Notes under the pieces: generated by a model
Database searches by the model: none
What the model saw: the letters and a program-made list of their open reading frames with translations, nothing else
Told to the model about the DNA's origin: nothing
Program-made: the position numbers and the translations under genes
Source: a virus
IMG/VR virus record: IMGVR_UViG_3300028920_000041
Location: 1-64,000 of that record
Length of the DNA: 64,000 bases
Direction: 5' to 3' (one strand)
In this document: positions 27,340 through 36,332 of the stretch, piece by piece
Layout: each line of letters starts with the position of its first letter
How positions within the stretch are numbered: position 1 is the first letter of the stretch

Positions 27340-27815
27340 GAGTGAGTGCAGGACATAAGAAGAAAACTAAGAAGATAAGTACTAGCTTGACTAAGAAGCT
27401 CAAGATCCATTCGAGGATTCAGGTAGTCGAGTCTCAGATTAAAAGCATGCTGGAGTCCAAATCACAAGAGGCTCATTTCCAGGCTAGTATGATGTTTGGT
27501 CTGAATGGTTTGGTTGAAGCACTTGTGGAAAAGAATGTTGTCACTATGGACGATATAGAAAGATCCCGTTTCAAAGTGATGGCAGATTACAGAGCTGAAA
27601 GAGTTGAGCAATTAAAAGCAAGCAAGACAGCAGAGAAGTACAATAACTGCCCGGTTCACTATGACTCAACAACAGATAAGTGGTTTGTGTTTGCTCCTAA
27701 TTGGAAGGATAAGCTTGGACCGTTTTTGTCTCAGGAAGCCGCAGAGACTGCAAGGAAACAGATAGAAGATCCAAGGACTGTTTCAACACCTGTTAATCAA
27801 GAGGTAGAGAGCTGA
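27336..27815 (+). CDS. hypothetical protein
   Basis: 159-aa ORF overlapping both neighbours. Confidence 0.7.
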   Translation: MRVSAGHKKKTKKISTSLTKKLKIHSRIQVVESQIKSMLESKSQEAHFQASMMFGLNGLVEALVEKNVVTMDDIERSRFKVMADYRAERVEQLKASKTAEKYNNCPVHYDSTTDKWFVFAPNWKDKLGPFLSQEAAETARKQIEDPRTVSTPVNQEVES

Positions 27816-28084
27816 TGTCTCTTAGCATTACTGACTATTGGGTATATGTACTAACAAGCATTGTGCTTTTCTTTCTAACCAATACGGTGTTTTTTAGGTG
27901 GGGTTTTTCTCGTGGTCGGAAAGAAGTGATAAGTGTTTTTGACCAGATCTTAATTCGTATGTACAAGCTGGTTTTGTCAGGAAAAAATGAAGAGCTTCAC
28001 TCTTTTTTGAGTGATGTTTGTGGTAAGCAGATTGACGACAAATTAGTGCATAATGATAGTGGGAAGAAGGGTTATATACAGTAG
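27815..28084 (+). CDS. small single-pass membrane protein (lysis-related candidate)
   Basis: N-terminal hydrophobic helix YWVYVLTSIVLFFLTNTVFF; three genes upstream of the endolysin. Confidence 0.6.
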   Translation: MSLSITDYWVYVLTSIVLFFLTNTVFFRWGFSRGRKEVISVFDQILIRMYKLVLSGKNEELHSFLSDVCGKQIDDKLVHNDSGKKGYIQ

Positions 28085-28102
28085 ACTAGCAGGGATGATG
28101 AC

Positions 28103-28312
28103 TTGTCAACTTGGGAATCAACGCTCCACATAGTTAGTTCTTTGAGACATAGTCCATTACTCATAAGTGTAGTGCTAGACGACTTGGAAAGTGAGATTTC
28201 AGATCTAAGGAATAAAAGAGAATCCGGAGAATTGACAAAGAGTCAAGAAGAGAAGCTTAGGGTTTCTCTACTCAAAAGGTATATCCTGAGTAAGAGGTTG
28301 AATCTCTTGTGA
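28103..28312 (+). CDS. hypothetical protein
   Basis: ORF in operon. Confidence 0.5.
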   Translation: MSTWESTLHIVSSLRHSPLLISVVLDDLESEISDLRNKRESGELTKSQEEKLRVSLLKRYILSKRLNLL

Positions 28313-28319
28313 GGATCAC

Positions 28320-28544
28320 ATGGCCTTGTTTGAGTACAACGAATGTTCTGATTATTGGTTTCTAGCCTACCACACCAGAGGCATTCCAGGTTCTATTGAC
28401 AATACGGTCATTGATGAAAGTCCTTTTGATTGGCTTCTGGAAGGCGACAGAGCTTTGTTGTACACTATTGTTTTCTTCTGTAGGATAAAGCAGGGAAGAT
28501 ACGAAGAGCTTTTTCAAGCGTTCAAGGATCTAGGTTTCGTGTAA
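28320..28544 (+). CDS. hypothetical protein
   Basis: RBS GAGGA; ORF in operon. Confidence 0.6.
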   Translation: MALFEYNECSDYWFLAYHTRGIPGSIDNTVIDESPFDWLLEGDRALLYTIVFFCRIKQGRYEELFQAFKDLGFV

Positions 28545-28565
28545 CGAGCACGTAAGGAGAGTGTT

Positions 28566-29438
28566 ATGTACTTGTTTCTAACAGAGCCAAGGTTACGCGG
28601 TGCGGCAGTTAAGAGACTTCAAGAAATGCTCTCTTTTTGTGGTTACGACATAGGAGAATGGGGCGCAGATGGGATCTTTGGAGAAGATACCTTGCGTGCT
28701 GTTGTTCGTTACCAGTCCACAAAGCCACATTTGCTAAAAAAAGGAGTTGTCACTGAAAGCACATGGTACGCATTAGAAAAAGATGTGCAGACTGTATCCC
28801 AGCTTCATACGAGAGAGATAATACATCCATCAGGATCAGGGTGTGTTGTTGATATCAGAAAAGAGCACATAAAACCTAAGCTCTATAGGTTCCATAGATC
28901 TCCAAGGTCTTGGTCAAAGATTGAAGGAGTGACACTACACCAAACAGGATGCAATCTAGCAGATAAGCCGAAAAGATGGTACTCACTGAATGCCCATATT
29001 GGTGTTCTCAAAGACGGCACTATTTTACTGGTTAATGATCCCACGGATTTCATCTGGCATGCACAAGGGTTTTCACACAACACAATAGGAATAGAGTTTA
29101 ACGGTAATTTCTGGGGTGATGGTAGTGACATTAGTACATGGTGGGCAGCCGGTGGGGAAGCCTCGTTTTTGACACCAGAGCAGAAGAAAGCATCTAAGAC
29201 TTTACTAAGGTGGCTAGAGCTTCAATTTGCGAAAAACGATGCTACGTTTTCCAAGGTCTATGCCCATAGACAAGCTTCTAAGGATAGGCGAGCAGATCCA
29301 GGCTCTGAGATATGGCGTTCTGTAGCAATGCCTTGGATGAGAGAACTTGGAGCTACAGATGGTGGACCGGAGTTCACCTATGGATCTGGCAGACCAATAC
29401 CAAAGAACTGGGACCCTTCTTACTTTCATTCTTACTAG
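28566..29438 (+). CDS. endolysin: peptidoglycan-binding domain plus amidase_2 (N-acetylmuramoyl-L-alanine amidase)
   Basis: LRGAAVKRLQEML...GADGIFGEDTLRAVVRYQ; Zn-amidase motifs VTLHQT, AHIGV, WHAQG..NTIGIEF, YAHRQ...DPG. Confidence 0.9.
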   Translation: MYLFLTEPRLRGAAVKRLQEMLSFCGYDIGEWGADGIFGEDTLRAVVRYQSTKPHLLKKGVVTESTWYALEKDVQTVSQLHTREIIHPSGSGCVVDIRKEHIKPKLYRFHRSPRSWSKIEGVTLHQTGCNLADKPKRWYSLNAHIGVLKDGTILLVNDPTDFIWHAQGFSHNTIGIEFNGNFWGDGSDISTWWAAGGEASFLTPEQKKASKTLLRWLELQFAKNDATFSKVYAHRQASKDRRADPGSEIWRSVAMPWMRELGATDGGPEFTYGSGRPIPKNWDPSYFHSY

Positions 29439-29451
29439 AAAGGCACTCTAC

Positions 29452-29715
29452 ATGGAATTCTGGTCAAAATACGCTAGAGACGCACTAGCCTACACTCTTC
29501 CAGACATCAGTGATGAGGAGTTGAAGTACAGACCTTATGCTGCAAGTGAGTATTTTTCAAAAGACTTGGAAGCTATGGTTTCGGCCTGGCGAAAGAGATA
29601 CGGAACCCATCTTACAAGACACAGTGTTTCAACAATTCTCCAAGAGATGATCCTACGCCTAGAAAAAAATGAACATAAACAAAGGAAGGAACAAAAGGAA
29701 CGAAGAGACGGCTAA
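29452..29715 (+). CDS. hypothetical protein
   Basis: ATG 29452 after GAAAGG. Confidence 0.5.
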   Translation: MEFWSKYARDALAYTLPDISDEELKYRPYAASEYFSKDLEAMVSAWRKRYGTHLTRHSVSTILQEMILRLEKNEHKQRKEQKERRDG

Positions 29716-30265
29716 GTATGCTTCTATGTGTGATAAGCCTTGGCCTCCTAAAGACATACTGATAGCAGCTTTTGAGAGTTTGGTGAACTGGTACACAGTA
29801 GATGAGATAGCTATGTTCTTTGGTAGAACGCGCTATGCTACCGGGCGAAAGATTAGTGCTCTCAAAGTCAAAGTGAGGTGGAGGAAGAACCATAAAGGAT
29901 CTGCTCGTATGTGGCAGAAAGGAGAAAGAGCGCTACTGACAGCAGAAAGCAGTCAATCAAAAACACAAAGAGAGGTAGCAGAGAAGTTAGGTGTATCAAG
30001 GTATGCGGTTGTCTTCAAGTGGTCCAAGATAGGTTCCAAATGGGGCCAAGGTTATATCAGTTTATCGGATATTGCACGTATTGCAGGTTGCACTGCATCC
30101 GCTGTTTCGAAGCGTGTTAAAGACTCATTACCTCACATAGCAAGACTCCAACAAGGCAGAGGTAAAGGGAGCCGTTACAGACTCTCTGTAGATCAGGCAG
30201 AGGAAGTTATGGCTAAAGTGCGTCCAGGGAGGGTTTATTTCATCCGGCAGATTTATGGTGATTAA
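29669..30265 (+). CDS. multi-HTH DNA-binding protein
   Basis: YTVDEIAMFFGRT, TQREVAEKLGVSRYAV, SLSDIARIAGCTASAVSKRV. Confidence 0.7.
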   Translation: MNINKGRNKRNEETAKYASMCDKPWPPKDILIAAFESLVNWYTVDEIAMFFGRTRYATGRKISALKVKVRWRKNHKGSARMWQKGERALLTAESSQSKTQREVAEKLGVSRYAVVFKWSKIGSKWGQGYISLSDIARIAGCTASAVSKRVKDSLPHIARLQQGRGKGSRYRLSVDQAEEVMAKVRPGRVYFIRQIYGD

Positions 30266-30281
30266 AAGTTTAAAAACACTA

Positions 30282-30310
30282 TTGAATCTGTTGTAGCGGT
30301 GGTGTAGTCT
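30282..30310 (+). promoter_or_regulatory. probable sigma70-type promoter for the small-gene cluster
   Basis: TTGAAT, 17 bp, TAGTCT, upstream of an AGGAG RBS and ATG 30343. Confidence 0.45.
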
Positions 30311-30342
30311 TGCAGGTCGTTTGGTAGATACAGGAGTTAGTT

Positions 30343-30531
30343 ATGGAGCGTGTGTACAATGTGGTTAAGGTGTTTTCTGCAACGAGAGCTAGGGAAAGAA
30401 TAGCGTTAGGAGATCCGGTTACGGAATGGTTAAAGCAAAACAAAGGATTAGAGGTTATCGAAGTTATGGTTAAACAGTCATCAGATAACGCGTTTCACTG
30501 TCTGACGATATTGCTTTTCTGCAAGAGGTAG
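30343..30531 (+). CDS. small protein resembling a conserved myxobacterial hypothetical family
   Basis: VKVFSATRARER..LG..VTEWL...VKQSSDNAFHCLTILLF matches a pattern I recall from Myxococcales; not verified. Confidence 0.6.
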   Translation: MERVYNVVKVFSATRARERIALGDPVTEWLKQNKGLEVIEVMVKQSSDNAFHCLTILLFCKR

Positions 30532-30539
30532 GAGTATCT

Positions 30540-30917
30540 ATGGTTCCTGGATATAAGACGCTAGATGTTTTGTACACAGAACAGGATGTAGCGGGTAAGA
30601 TCCCTGTAGAAGTCCACGTGGAAAAGCAGCAGAGGGTACGAGACGATGAGTCTGTTACAAGGCCATTCATCAAATTGAGGCTAGTGATAGGCAATCGTGT
30701 TGTTTATTGTGACATCAGGCAAGCAGAGGCACTGTCCAGATTGATTGATAGGATTGCTCCGAGTGCTCAAGATGCTTTAGAAGAGCTGTTGTCATCTTCA
30801 GATCGCAGTTACAAGCCATTCAAAGAGGCACCAGTGACTTCAGATGGAACACCTGTAGAGAATAGACGAGTTAGACGGAAGGTTCGAAAGTATCAGGAGT
30901 ATGACAACAACCATTAG
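30540..30917 (+). CDS. hypothetical protein
   Basis: RBS AGGAG; 125 aa. Confidence 0.7.
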   Translation: MVPGYKTLDVLYTEQDVAGKIPVEVHVEKQQRVRDDESVTRPFIKLRLVIGNRVVYCDIRQAEALSRLIDRIAPSAQDALEELLSSSDRSYKPFKEAPVTSDGTPVENRRVRRKVRKYQEYDNNH

Positions 30918-31284
30918 AAAGTCTCTATGTTTTACTATGACTGATGAAGAGTATGAGTACATCAAGGCATGGTTTAAGCACCTTTATCAATGGACAGATC
31001 TATTAGAACGTTCTGGTTACGTAGGTTATAATTCGATGAACATCGAAAAGATGCGAGTCACTACATATGCTGCACTGCTAATGCTAGCGGATGGTTGCTA
31101 CGCTACAGCGGAAGAGATAGCAAGTGCGGCCGATATTGGAATAGGTAGTATGGAGGATGTTTTGACCGGTCTCACCTATATGCGGGAGGTCGAAGCGGAG
31201 ATGTTCGATGACGGGGAGATTGGGTACAAATTGACATCGTTTGGTCAAGCGTGGGCATCTACGCTCGTTGCAGAATGTGAATAG
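30901..31284 (+). CDS. winged-helix DNA-binding protein
   Basis: ATAEEIASAADIG...VLTGL...GYKLTSFG. Confidence 0.6.
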   Translation: MTTTIRKSLCFTMTDEEYEYIKAWFKHLYQWTDLLERSGYVGYNSMNIEKMRVTTYAALLMLADGCYATAEEIASAADIGIGSMEDVLTGLTYMREVEAEMFDDGEIGYKLTSFGQAWASTLVAECE

Positions 31285-31358
31285 GCCTCCATAGGCCAAC
31301 TGGCAGAGCCATGACACTTAAAATGTCAAAAGTCTGGGTTCGAATCCCAGTGGAGGCA
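31285..31358 (+). tRNA. trnL: tRNA-Leu, anticodon TAA, short variable arm, CCA not encoded
   Basis: Acceptor GCCTCCA/TGGAGGC, D-arm GGC..GCC, anticodon arm TGACA-CTTAAAA-TGTCA, T-arm CTGGG-TTCGAAT-CCCAG, discriminator A. Confidence 0.93.
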
Positions 31359-31380
31359 GCGTCTCTGTGGAGGTAGTCTA

Positions 31381-31596
31381 GTGGAGGTTATCTTCAGGAA
31401 GGTAGATCGTAGTGTGTGGTTGGTCTATCTAAAGAGTGACTATTGGGGGAAGCTGTGGCAGACACTGCCCAGCGGTTTGTGGACTCTCATTGACACGAAT
31501 CATAGGAGGTACAGTCTAGGCCAGTTTTTAACACCGTCTAAGGCGAAGTCGAAAGCGGTTATTTTAATCACAGAGTCTCACTGCTCTGTTAACTGA
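31381..31596 (+). CDS. hypothetical protein
   Basis: GGAGG RBS before GTG. Confidence 0.55.
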   Translation: MEVIFRKVDRSVWLVYLKSDYWGKLWQTLPSGLWTLIDTNHRRYSLGQFLTPSKAKSKAVILITESHCSVN

Positions 31597-31634
31597 GAAG
31601 GTGTGTTAGACATTTTTTCAATGGGAGCCAAGCA

Positions 31635-31958
31635 ATGGATGAGCAGTCCAAAAAATTCCTAGCTGGTATGTTTGGTCCAGCCGCGCCTGTTATGGACCTT
31701 GATACATGTGCCAAGGTTCTTTACAAGCCCCTCAAGGACAGCAAAGACATTGCTTGGCTTCCCATTGGATGGGAGACACATCAGCCAGTGCTCTTTGTTC
31801 AGGCCCAAGATCCAGAGGACAGGCTTTTGGTCAATGCGTTAGGCGAGCAAGAGGTGATTATTTCCGGCCGAACGTATGTCAACCTTGATGTACTGTCACC
31901 GGAGTTAAAACGATCAATCAGGGAAGAGCTAGGCCTATCCCTGCAGACGAAGCAATGA
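31635..31958 (+). CDS. hypothetical protein
   Basis: GGGAG RBS; 107 aa. Confidence 0.7.
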   Translation: MDEQSKKFLAGMFGPAAPVMDLDTCAKVLYKPLKDSKDIAWLPIGWETHQPVLFVQAQDPEDRLLVNALGEQEVIISGRTYVNLDVLSPELKRSIREELGLSLQTKQ

Positions 31959-31974
31959 TAAGGCCTGACAAGCA

Positions 31975-32319
31975 GTGAAAAATCCTGACAGAGATAAGCG
32001 GATAGACAAAACGCTAACAAGCATTCTGTCAGGGACTTACTCAGAGGCTCGCCAGTCCCTGACTGACATCTACCAGTTTGCACCGAATAGGCGTATTGTG
32101 TGCTCTGTCTGTGCCATCAAAGGAATAGAGCCAGAGAATCTAAGGCATCTTGTTTTGGTGATTCGAGACCTAATCACAAATCGCTGGATTGGTCTTCGCT
32201 TGCCTACGGTCCGTAAGATTGTCAAGTTTGTTATTGGTAATAAACTCTTGTCAAGCCGTGCATTGTCAGATGTAGAGAGGCTAAAATTATACTGGATTAA
32301 AACGTTCAAGGAAAGTTAA
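31975..32319 (+). CDS. hypothetical protein
   Basis: 114-aa ORF; see finding on the junction with the next gene. Confidence 0.55.
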   Translation: MKNPDRDKRIDKTLTSILSGTYSEARQSLTDIYQFAPNRRIVCSVCAIKGIEPENLRHLVLVIRDLITNRWIGLRLPTVRKIVKFVIGNKLLSSRALSDVERLKLYWIKTFKES

Positions 32320-32446
32320 GAACAGAATCAAGCGCACAACACGAAGAGTCATCAGGGAGGTTATAGAAGAAGGCGAGGAGTTTTCAGCAAAGTTTGTTGA
32401 AGGTAAGATCCGCGACAAGGGTCTTTTAAACAAATGTGTCTTAGAC

Positions 32447-33343
32447 TTGGGTCAATACCTAAAAGAGGAAGCTCGTAGTAAGGTGTGGGTTGTCTGTACA
32501 AAGGATACAGGAGTTCCACGCTATAAGCTGATTCAAGGTGGTATTGAGTCTACTGAAGCAATTGAGGTAAAAGAAGAGATGTCAGAATCTACAGAGTCTA
32601 TTAGTGATAGGATAGCTGAGATACAGGGACCGGAAGAGCCAGTAGGATCTAAGGGATTCTCCAGAATAGCCCAATACGTTACACGGTTCGTGGAAGTCTT
32701 CGCTTCTGTGCTGGGTACAGAAGAGTCCATGTCCAAGCAAGAGGCCAAAGAAGTTTTGCGCAAGGTGTGTGGTTTTACGGACCAGACACCAGCCACTGCC
32801 GTTGGAAAGATACTAGCAGGCCTTGCTAAGACAACATCGGCAAGACCAGAGCTATTGTACTTTCTAGATCATCAACAGGTAACACTGAGCCTGACCGGTC
32901 GCAAGGTTGCTAAGGGTACGTGGGCGCTAAGAGACCATTTCAAAGGTGTAAGGGTCCTTAACTTCGCTACGGGCTGTTTTGTAGACGCTGACGAGATGGA
33001 TATCGAGGAAGCAGACAAGCCCCCCAAGCGGACCCGAGCCAAAGTGCCCCCTTTCAATCCCCCTCGCCTGGCGGCCGAATCCAGGCCAGCCAGACAGCGC
33101 CAGACAGCGCCTGACAGCTCGGATAGGCCTGGTATCCCCGAGCTACCCACAACGCAATCTCAAGAGGCTGGCGAGGCCTCAGAGCCTGTCCCAAGTGTTC
33201 CCACCGGACAGGTTTCCTATCAAGAGTTCTATTGGTCTCGTGCCGCGCAGCGGCTGTTTGAGATTTTGGTAACGGAGTGCCATCCGGCAGATTACCCACA
33301 CGTGATAGACCTGTTTGTACAAAAGATAACAGGTAGAAAGTAA
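32447..33343 (+). CDS. hypothetical protein with winged-helix-like regions and Pro-rich linker; frame open upstream to 32285
   Basis: TTG 32447 lacks an RBS; the 43 upstream in-frame codons read as protein (KNRIKRTTRRVIREVIEEGEEF...). Confidence 0.7.
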   Translation: MGQYLKEEARSKVWVVCTKDTGVPRYKLIQGGIESTEAIEVKEEMSESTESISDRIAEIQGPEEPVGSKGFSRIAQYVTRFVEVFASVLGTEESMSKQEAKEVLRKVCGFTDQTPATAVGKILAGLAKTTSARPELLYFLDHQQVTLSLTGRKVAKGTWALRDHFKGVRVLNFATGCFVDADEMDIEEADKPPKRTRAKVPPFNPPRLAAESRPARQRQTAPDSSDRPGIPELPTTQSQEAGEASEPVPSVPTGQVSYQEFYWSRAAQRLFEILVTECHPADYPHVIDLFVQKITGRK

Positions 33344-33348
33344 GATCT

Positions 33349-33609
33349 ATGTCCAAGCTTCGTGAGGATTTGGCAGACTATGCGCATGAGACCTGGTGTG
33401 GATGGATGCGTTATATGTTCCATGTCTGCACGGAGCTAGACAGAACAGAAAAAGAAGTGATACTGAGCCTTCCAGCCAAGACCTACGACCGGTGGCAGCG
33501 ACAGATGAATACGCTTTATGCTAATTTGCCAGTGCAGGAGAAGGACAGTGATAGGCGGGAAGCAGACCGTATTTTGTCTATCATTCATTTTGACTATCCT
33601 TCGAGATAG
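33349..33609 (+). CDS. RyR-repeat-like small phage protein
   Basis: LADYAHETW...LYANLPVQEKDSDRREA resembles the RyR-domain LA..H..W...Y..L...EK..DR pattern. Confidence 0.5.
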   Translation: MSKLREDLADYAHETWCGWMRYMFHVCTELDRTEKEVILSLPAKTYDRWQRQMNTLYANLPVQEKDSDRREADRILSIIHFDYPSR

Positions 33610-33618
33610 TGAGATCTT

Positions 33619-33879
33619 ATGACACAAAAAGTGAAGTTAGAAACTAACTTAACGGACGAAGAAAAAGAGTTGCTTGATGCAATTATGGATGTGTCTAGGC
33701 TCCTTAGAAAAGCGTTAGAAATCGCTAGATCAAAAGAGGAAGAGTTACAACATTCTTCAAAGGTCGTGGAACACCTGCAATCGGATTTTGAAGAGCTGAA
33801 ACAAAAGATAAAAGAGCATGATTTAGGTGGCAACTACAGAAGGCTTTGCTACATTCACGGTATAATAAAAGGATTTTAA
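33619..33879 (+). CDS. coiled-coil hypothetical protein
   Basis: Heptad-rich 86-aa ORF in operon. Confidence 0.65.
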   Translation: MTQKVKLETNLTDEEKELLDAIMDVSRLLRKALEIARSKEEELQHSSKVVEHLQSDFEELKQKIKEHDLGGNYRRLCYIHGIIKGF

Positions 33880-33882
33880 GCT

Positions 33883-34149
33883 ATGCCTATATATGAAGTT
33901 TCAGGTACTCTCAAGTGTACAGTTGTCTGCGAAGTGGAAGTGTCTAAGGAAGAGATAGATCGGATTAAGGAAAATGAAGGTGATGTAGATGATTACATCA
34001 TTGCAAAGGCCTACGATACCTTTGGTGGTGTGAGTAACTATTCTGGCAACGGTGGGATGGACAAGTTAGTTGGTGTCTGTGGTAGTGATGAGTCTATCGA
34101 GGCATCTGATGACTATGAGTTTACTACTGTTGAAGAACAAAGAGTCTAA
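33883..34149 (+). CDS. acidic hypothetical protein
   Basis: 88-aa ORF, AAAGGA RBS. Confidence 0.7.
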   Translation: MPIYEVSGTLKCTVVCEVEVSKEEIDRIKENEGDVDDYIIAKAYDTFGGVSNYSGNGGMDKLVGVCGSDESIEASDDYEFTTVEEQRV

Positions 34150-34297
34150 TACGTTCATAAAGTACGTCAAAGTGGACTCTTTAATGGCTTACTTGGACGG
34201 ACTCGAAAAAGACGTAGCATCGAAAGAGCAATTAGCTGTTGTCAAAGAAATCAAAAGGTGGTTGCGAATTAAATTCTATTTGGAGGATCGTCAATGA
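34070..34297 (+). CDS. small hypothetical protein (true start probably downstream)
   Basis: Fills the gap; stop overlaps the next ATG. Confidence 0.4.
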   Translation: MVSVVVMSLSRHLMTMSLLLLKNKESNTFIKYVKVDSLMAYLDGLEKDVASKEQLAVVKEIKRWLRIKFYLEDRQ

Positions 34298-34533
34298 AAG
34301 ACAAAGCAAAGACTCGGTGTGAAAAATTCGTCAAGGCAGTAAAGGACCAGACCTACGGCAAGACTCTAGGCCTCAAAGACAGAATCGACAACATGGTTTT
34401 TGTCTTTGATGATCGTGTTAACGTTACCGTATCTCAGTGCTCAGATAAACAGAAACGCTATCTACTGAATGTGGCTCGTGAGCTTCAGTATGAGCCTCTT
34501 TGGTACAATCCAGAGCCATCGTTTGATTGGTAA
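34294..34533 (+). CDS. hypothetical protein
   Basis: GGAGG RBS. Confidence 0.7.
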   Translation: MKDKAKTRCEKFVKAVKDQTYGKTLGLKDRIDNMVFVFDDRVNVTVSQCSDKQKRYLLNVARELQYEPLWYNPEPSFDW

Positions 34534-34823
34534 TGGATGATCTGTTACACACGGTAGTTAAAGTGGTAGCCAGGCTCAACTATGTCTCAGAAAAAGAGCT
34601 TGGCTGCCACCTTTTTCGTGTGGAGTATGTACCCAACACAGTTATTTCCATTTGCACCAGTGAGTTTGTCATCTGGAATAACGAGGAAGAGCAGTATGAC
34701 GACTGCGATGGATCAGAGACTAGCATACTGTCTTACGTGAAGTTGAGGTTAGGTGAGATACAAGATGAGATGGGTAAGATAGTGGAAGCCTACCCGTCAC
34801 TATCTCCAGGCCTGATGAGTTAA
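34527..34823 (+). CDS. acidic hypothetical protein
   Basis: Translationally coupled ORF. Confidence 0.65.
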   Translation: MVMDDLLHTVVKVVARLNYVSEKELGCHLFRVEYVPNTVISICTSEFVIWNNEEEQYDDCDGSETSILSYVKLRLGEIQDEMGKIVEAYPSLSPGLMS

Positions 34824-34825
34824 GC

Positions 34826-35140
34826 ATGAACATAGGACCATCAAGAAACAAACTGAGGTATAAGAATCACTGCAAGTACTGTGGCCGAGAGTTTAATGCT
34901 AAGAGAAGCTCTACTCTTGTGTGTGACAGAGGGGAGTGTCAGCGTCGTAAAGGCTCTGAGAACAACCATAAGAAGTATGTTACCAGTGTCCGCCGCAAAT
35001 GGGAGGAGTCAGATAGTGTAGTGGACCAGATCCATTACCTGGAGCTTTGTCTGAAGCATGAGGTTTTGTACAACAACGGGGAGCCTAACCAAGAAAAAAT
35101 AGAGTCAATAAAGAAGCAAATACAAGAGCTGTGTATTTAA
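34826..35140 (+). CDS. zinc-finger protein
   Basis: CKYCGREF...VCDRGECQRR. Confidence 0.7.
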   Translation: MNIGPSRNKLRYKNHCKYCGREFNAKRSSTLVCDRGECQRRKGSENNHKKYVTSVRRKWEESDSVVDQIHYLELCLKHEVLYNNGEPNQEKIESIKKQIQELCI

Positions 35141-35355
35141 TGACGAACATCATCAGAAGTGGAACACCTTGTCCATTCTGTGGCTCGACAGAATGGTATG
35201 GCTACTTTTTTCAAGCGGATGGTTCTTTGGATGAAGAGCACGTTAGTTCTCCAGAGATGTATCCTCCGCTGATAGATTGTGACTATGATCTATATTTCTC
35301 AATCCATGGTGCGCTTGATGAGTGCGTCAACTGCGGTGCAGTGATAGGAGTCTAG
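35131..35355 (+). CDS. zinc-ribbon protein
   Basis: CPFCGS...CVNCG. Confidence 0.7.
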   Translation: MYLMTNIIRSGTPCPFCGSTEWYGYFFQADGSLDEEHVSSPEMYPPLIDCDYDLYFSIHGALDECVNCGAVIGV

Positions 35356-35356
35356 T

Positions 35357-35587
35357 GTGAATATGGTTGACGATATATTTGAGCCTTTACTTGACAAAGA
35401 AGTACAGATTGGCATCTACACAGCCGAAGGAGACTACAGACGGATTTTGGTTGCTGTGTTTGTGGATTATGCAGTAGATGAGTATAACAGTGTTACACTG
35501 CTCAAAGTCAGGCATGGTCGTGTGGTATCAGTTCTTTTTGTGAGACCTGGAATGCTGATACAAGAAACTGTCCGTAATGCGGAGTAA
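35357..35587 (+). CDS. hypothetical protein
   Basis: AGGAG RBS. Confidence 0.6.
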   Translation: MNMVDDIFEPLLDKEVQIGIYTAEGDYRRILVAVFVDYAVDEYNSVTLLKVRHGRVVSVLFVRPGMLIQETVRNAE

Positions 35588-35592
35588 TCGAT

Positions 35593-35934
35593 ATGATCCG
35601 TTTACGTAGAAAAGTGATTGAGATACTCTCTCAAACGAGAAGTGGTGTCCGTATGTACCTCTTAGAGTGTGGCCACACAGTAAGCCGAAGAGACTATGGC
35701 AAGAACAAGCCACACAATTCTACTTACTGTGATTTGTGTCAGATTGTCTTAGAGCGATTAGACAGGCTAGGTGGGAATCAGACTTCTTTTGCGCTTAGAA
35801 CAAACGATGAGGTTATGGAGTTCTTGGCAAAGGAAGGTCGTGTTAAACGGATCGAAGAGCCTGCAGATCCTACAACACAAGCACAGTGCCCAAATGCTGT
35901 TGTCGTTTCGTGGAAGCGTTACGATTACAGGTAA
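35593..35934 (+). CDS. hypothetical protein with Cys/His cluster
   Basis: LECGH...YCDLC; GGAG RBS. Confidence 0.65.
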   Translation: MIRLRRKVIEILSQTRSGVRMYLLECGHTVSRRDYGKNKPHNSTYCDLCQIVLERLDRLGGNQTSFALRTNDEVMEFLAKEGRVKRIEEPADPTTQAQCPNAVVVSWKRYDYR

Positions 35935-35942
35935 CAGGGACT

Positions 35943-36332
35943 ATGCATAGAACAACAAAGCAAGGTGTACGAGACCTGAACAGCTTGAAACCATCTGTAG
36001 ATGTTCCAGAGCCTGCTAAGCCTTCTAAAGAGTCATGCTCTGAGCTTGACAAACCAATTCAGCAGGACTTGATCTATGATTCGTCAGCTAAGGAAGACAT
36101 ACTCACACAGTTTCCAAATGCTAAGATTGCAGAGGTATGGGATTATATCCATGACACAAGGCTGAAGGTCGTTATTCCAGACTGCTCCTTACGAAGTTGG
36201 TTTATGTTTTTGCTAGATACGGGCTGGGCTGGTGTTTCTTTTGTGTGTCAAATGTATATTATACAAGATACTGAGTTGATATCTGGTTTGATGGACGAGA
36301 TCAATCCAGGTTGGAGGAACAAAAACAGATGA
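35943..36332 (+). CDS. hypothetical protein
   Basis: ATG 35943 after AGGGA. Confidence 0.65.
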   Translation: MHRTTKQGVRDLNSLKPSVDVPEPAKPSKESCSELDKPIQQDLIYDSSAKEDILTQFPNAKIAEVWDYIHDTRLKVVIPDCSLRSWFMFLLDTGWAGVSFVCQMYIIQDTELISGLMDEINPGWRNKNR

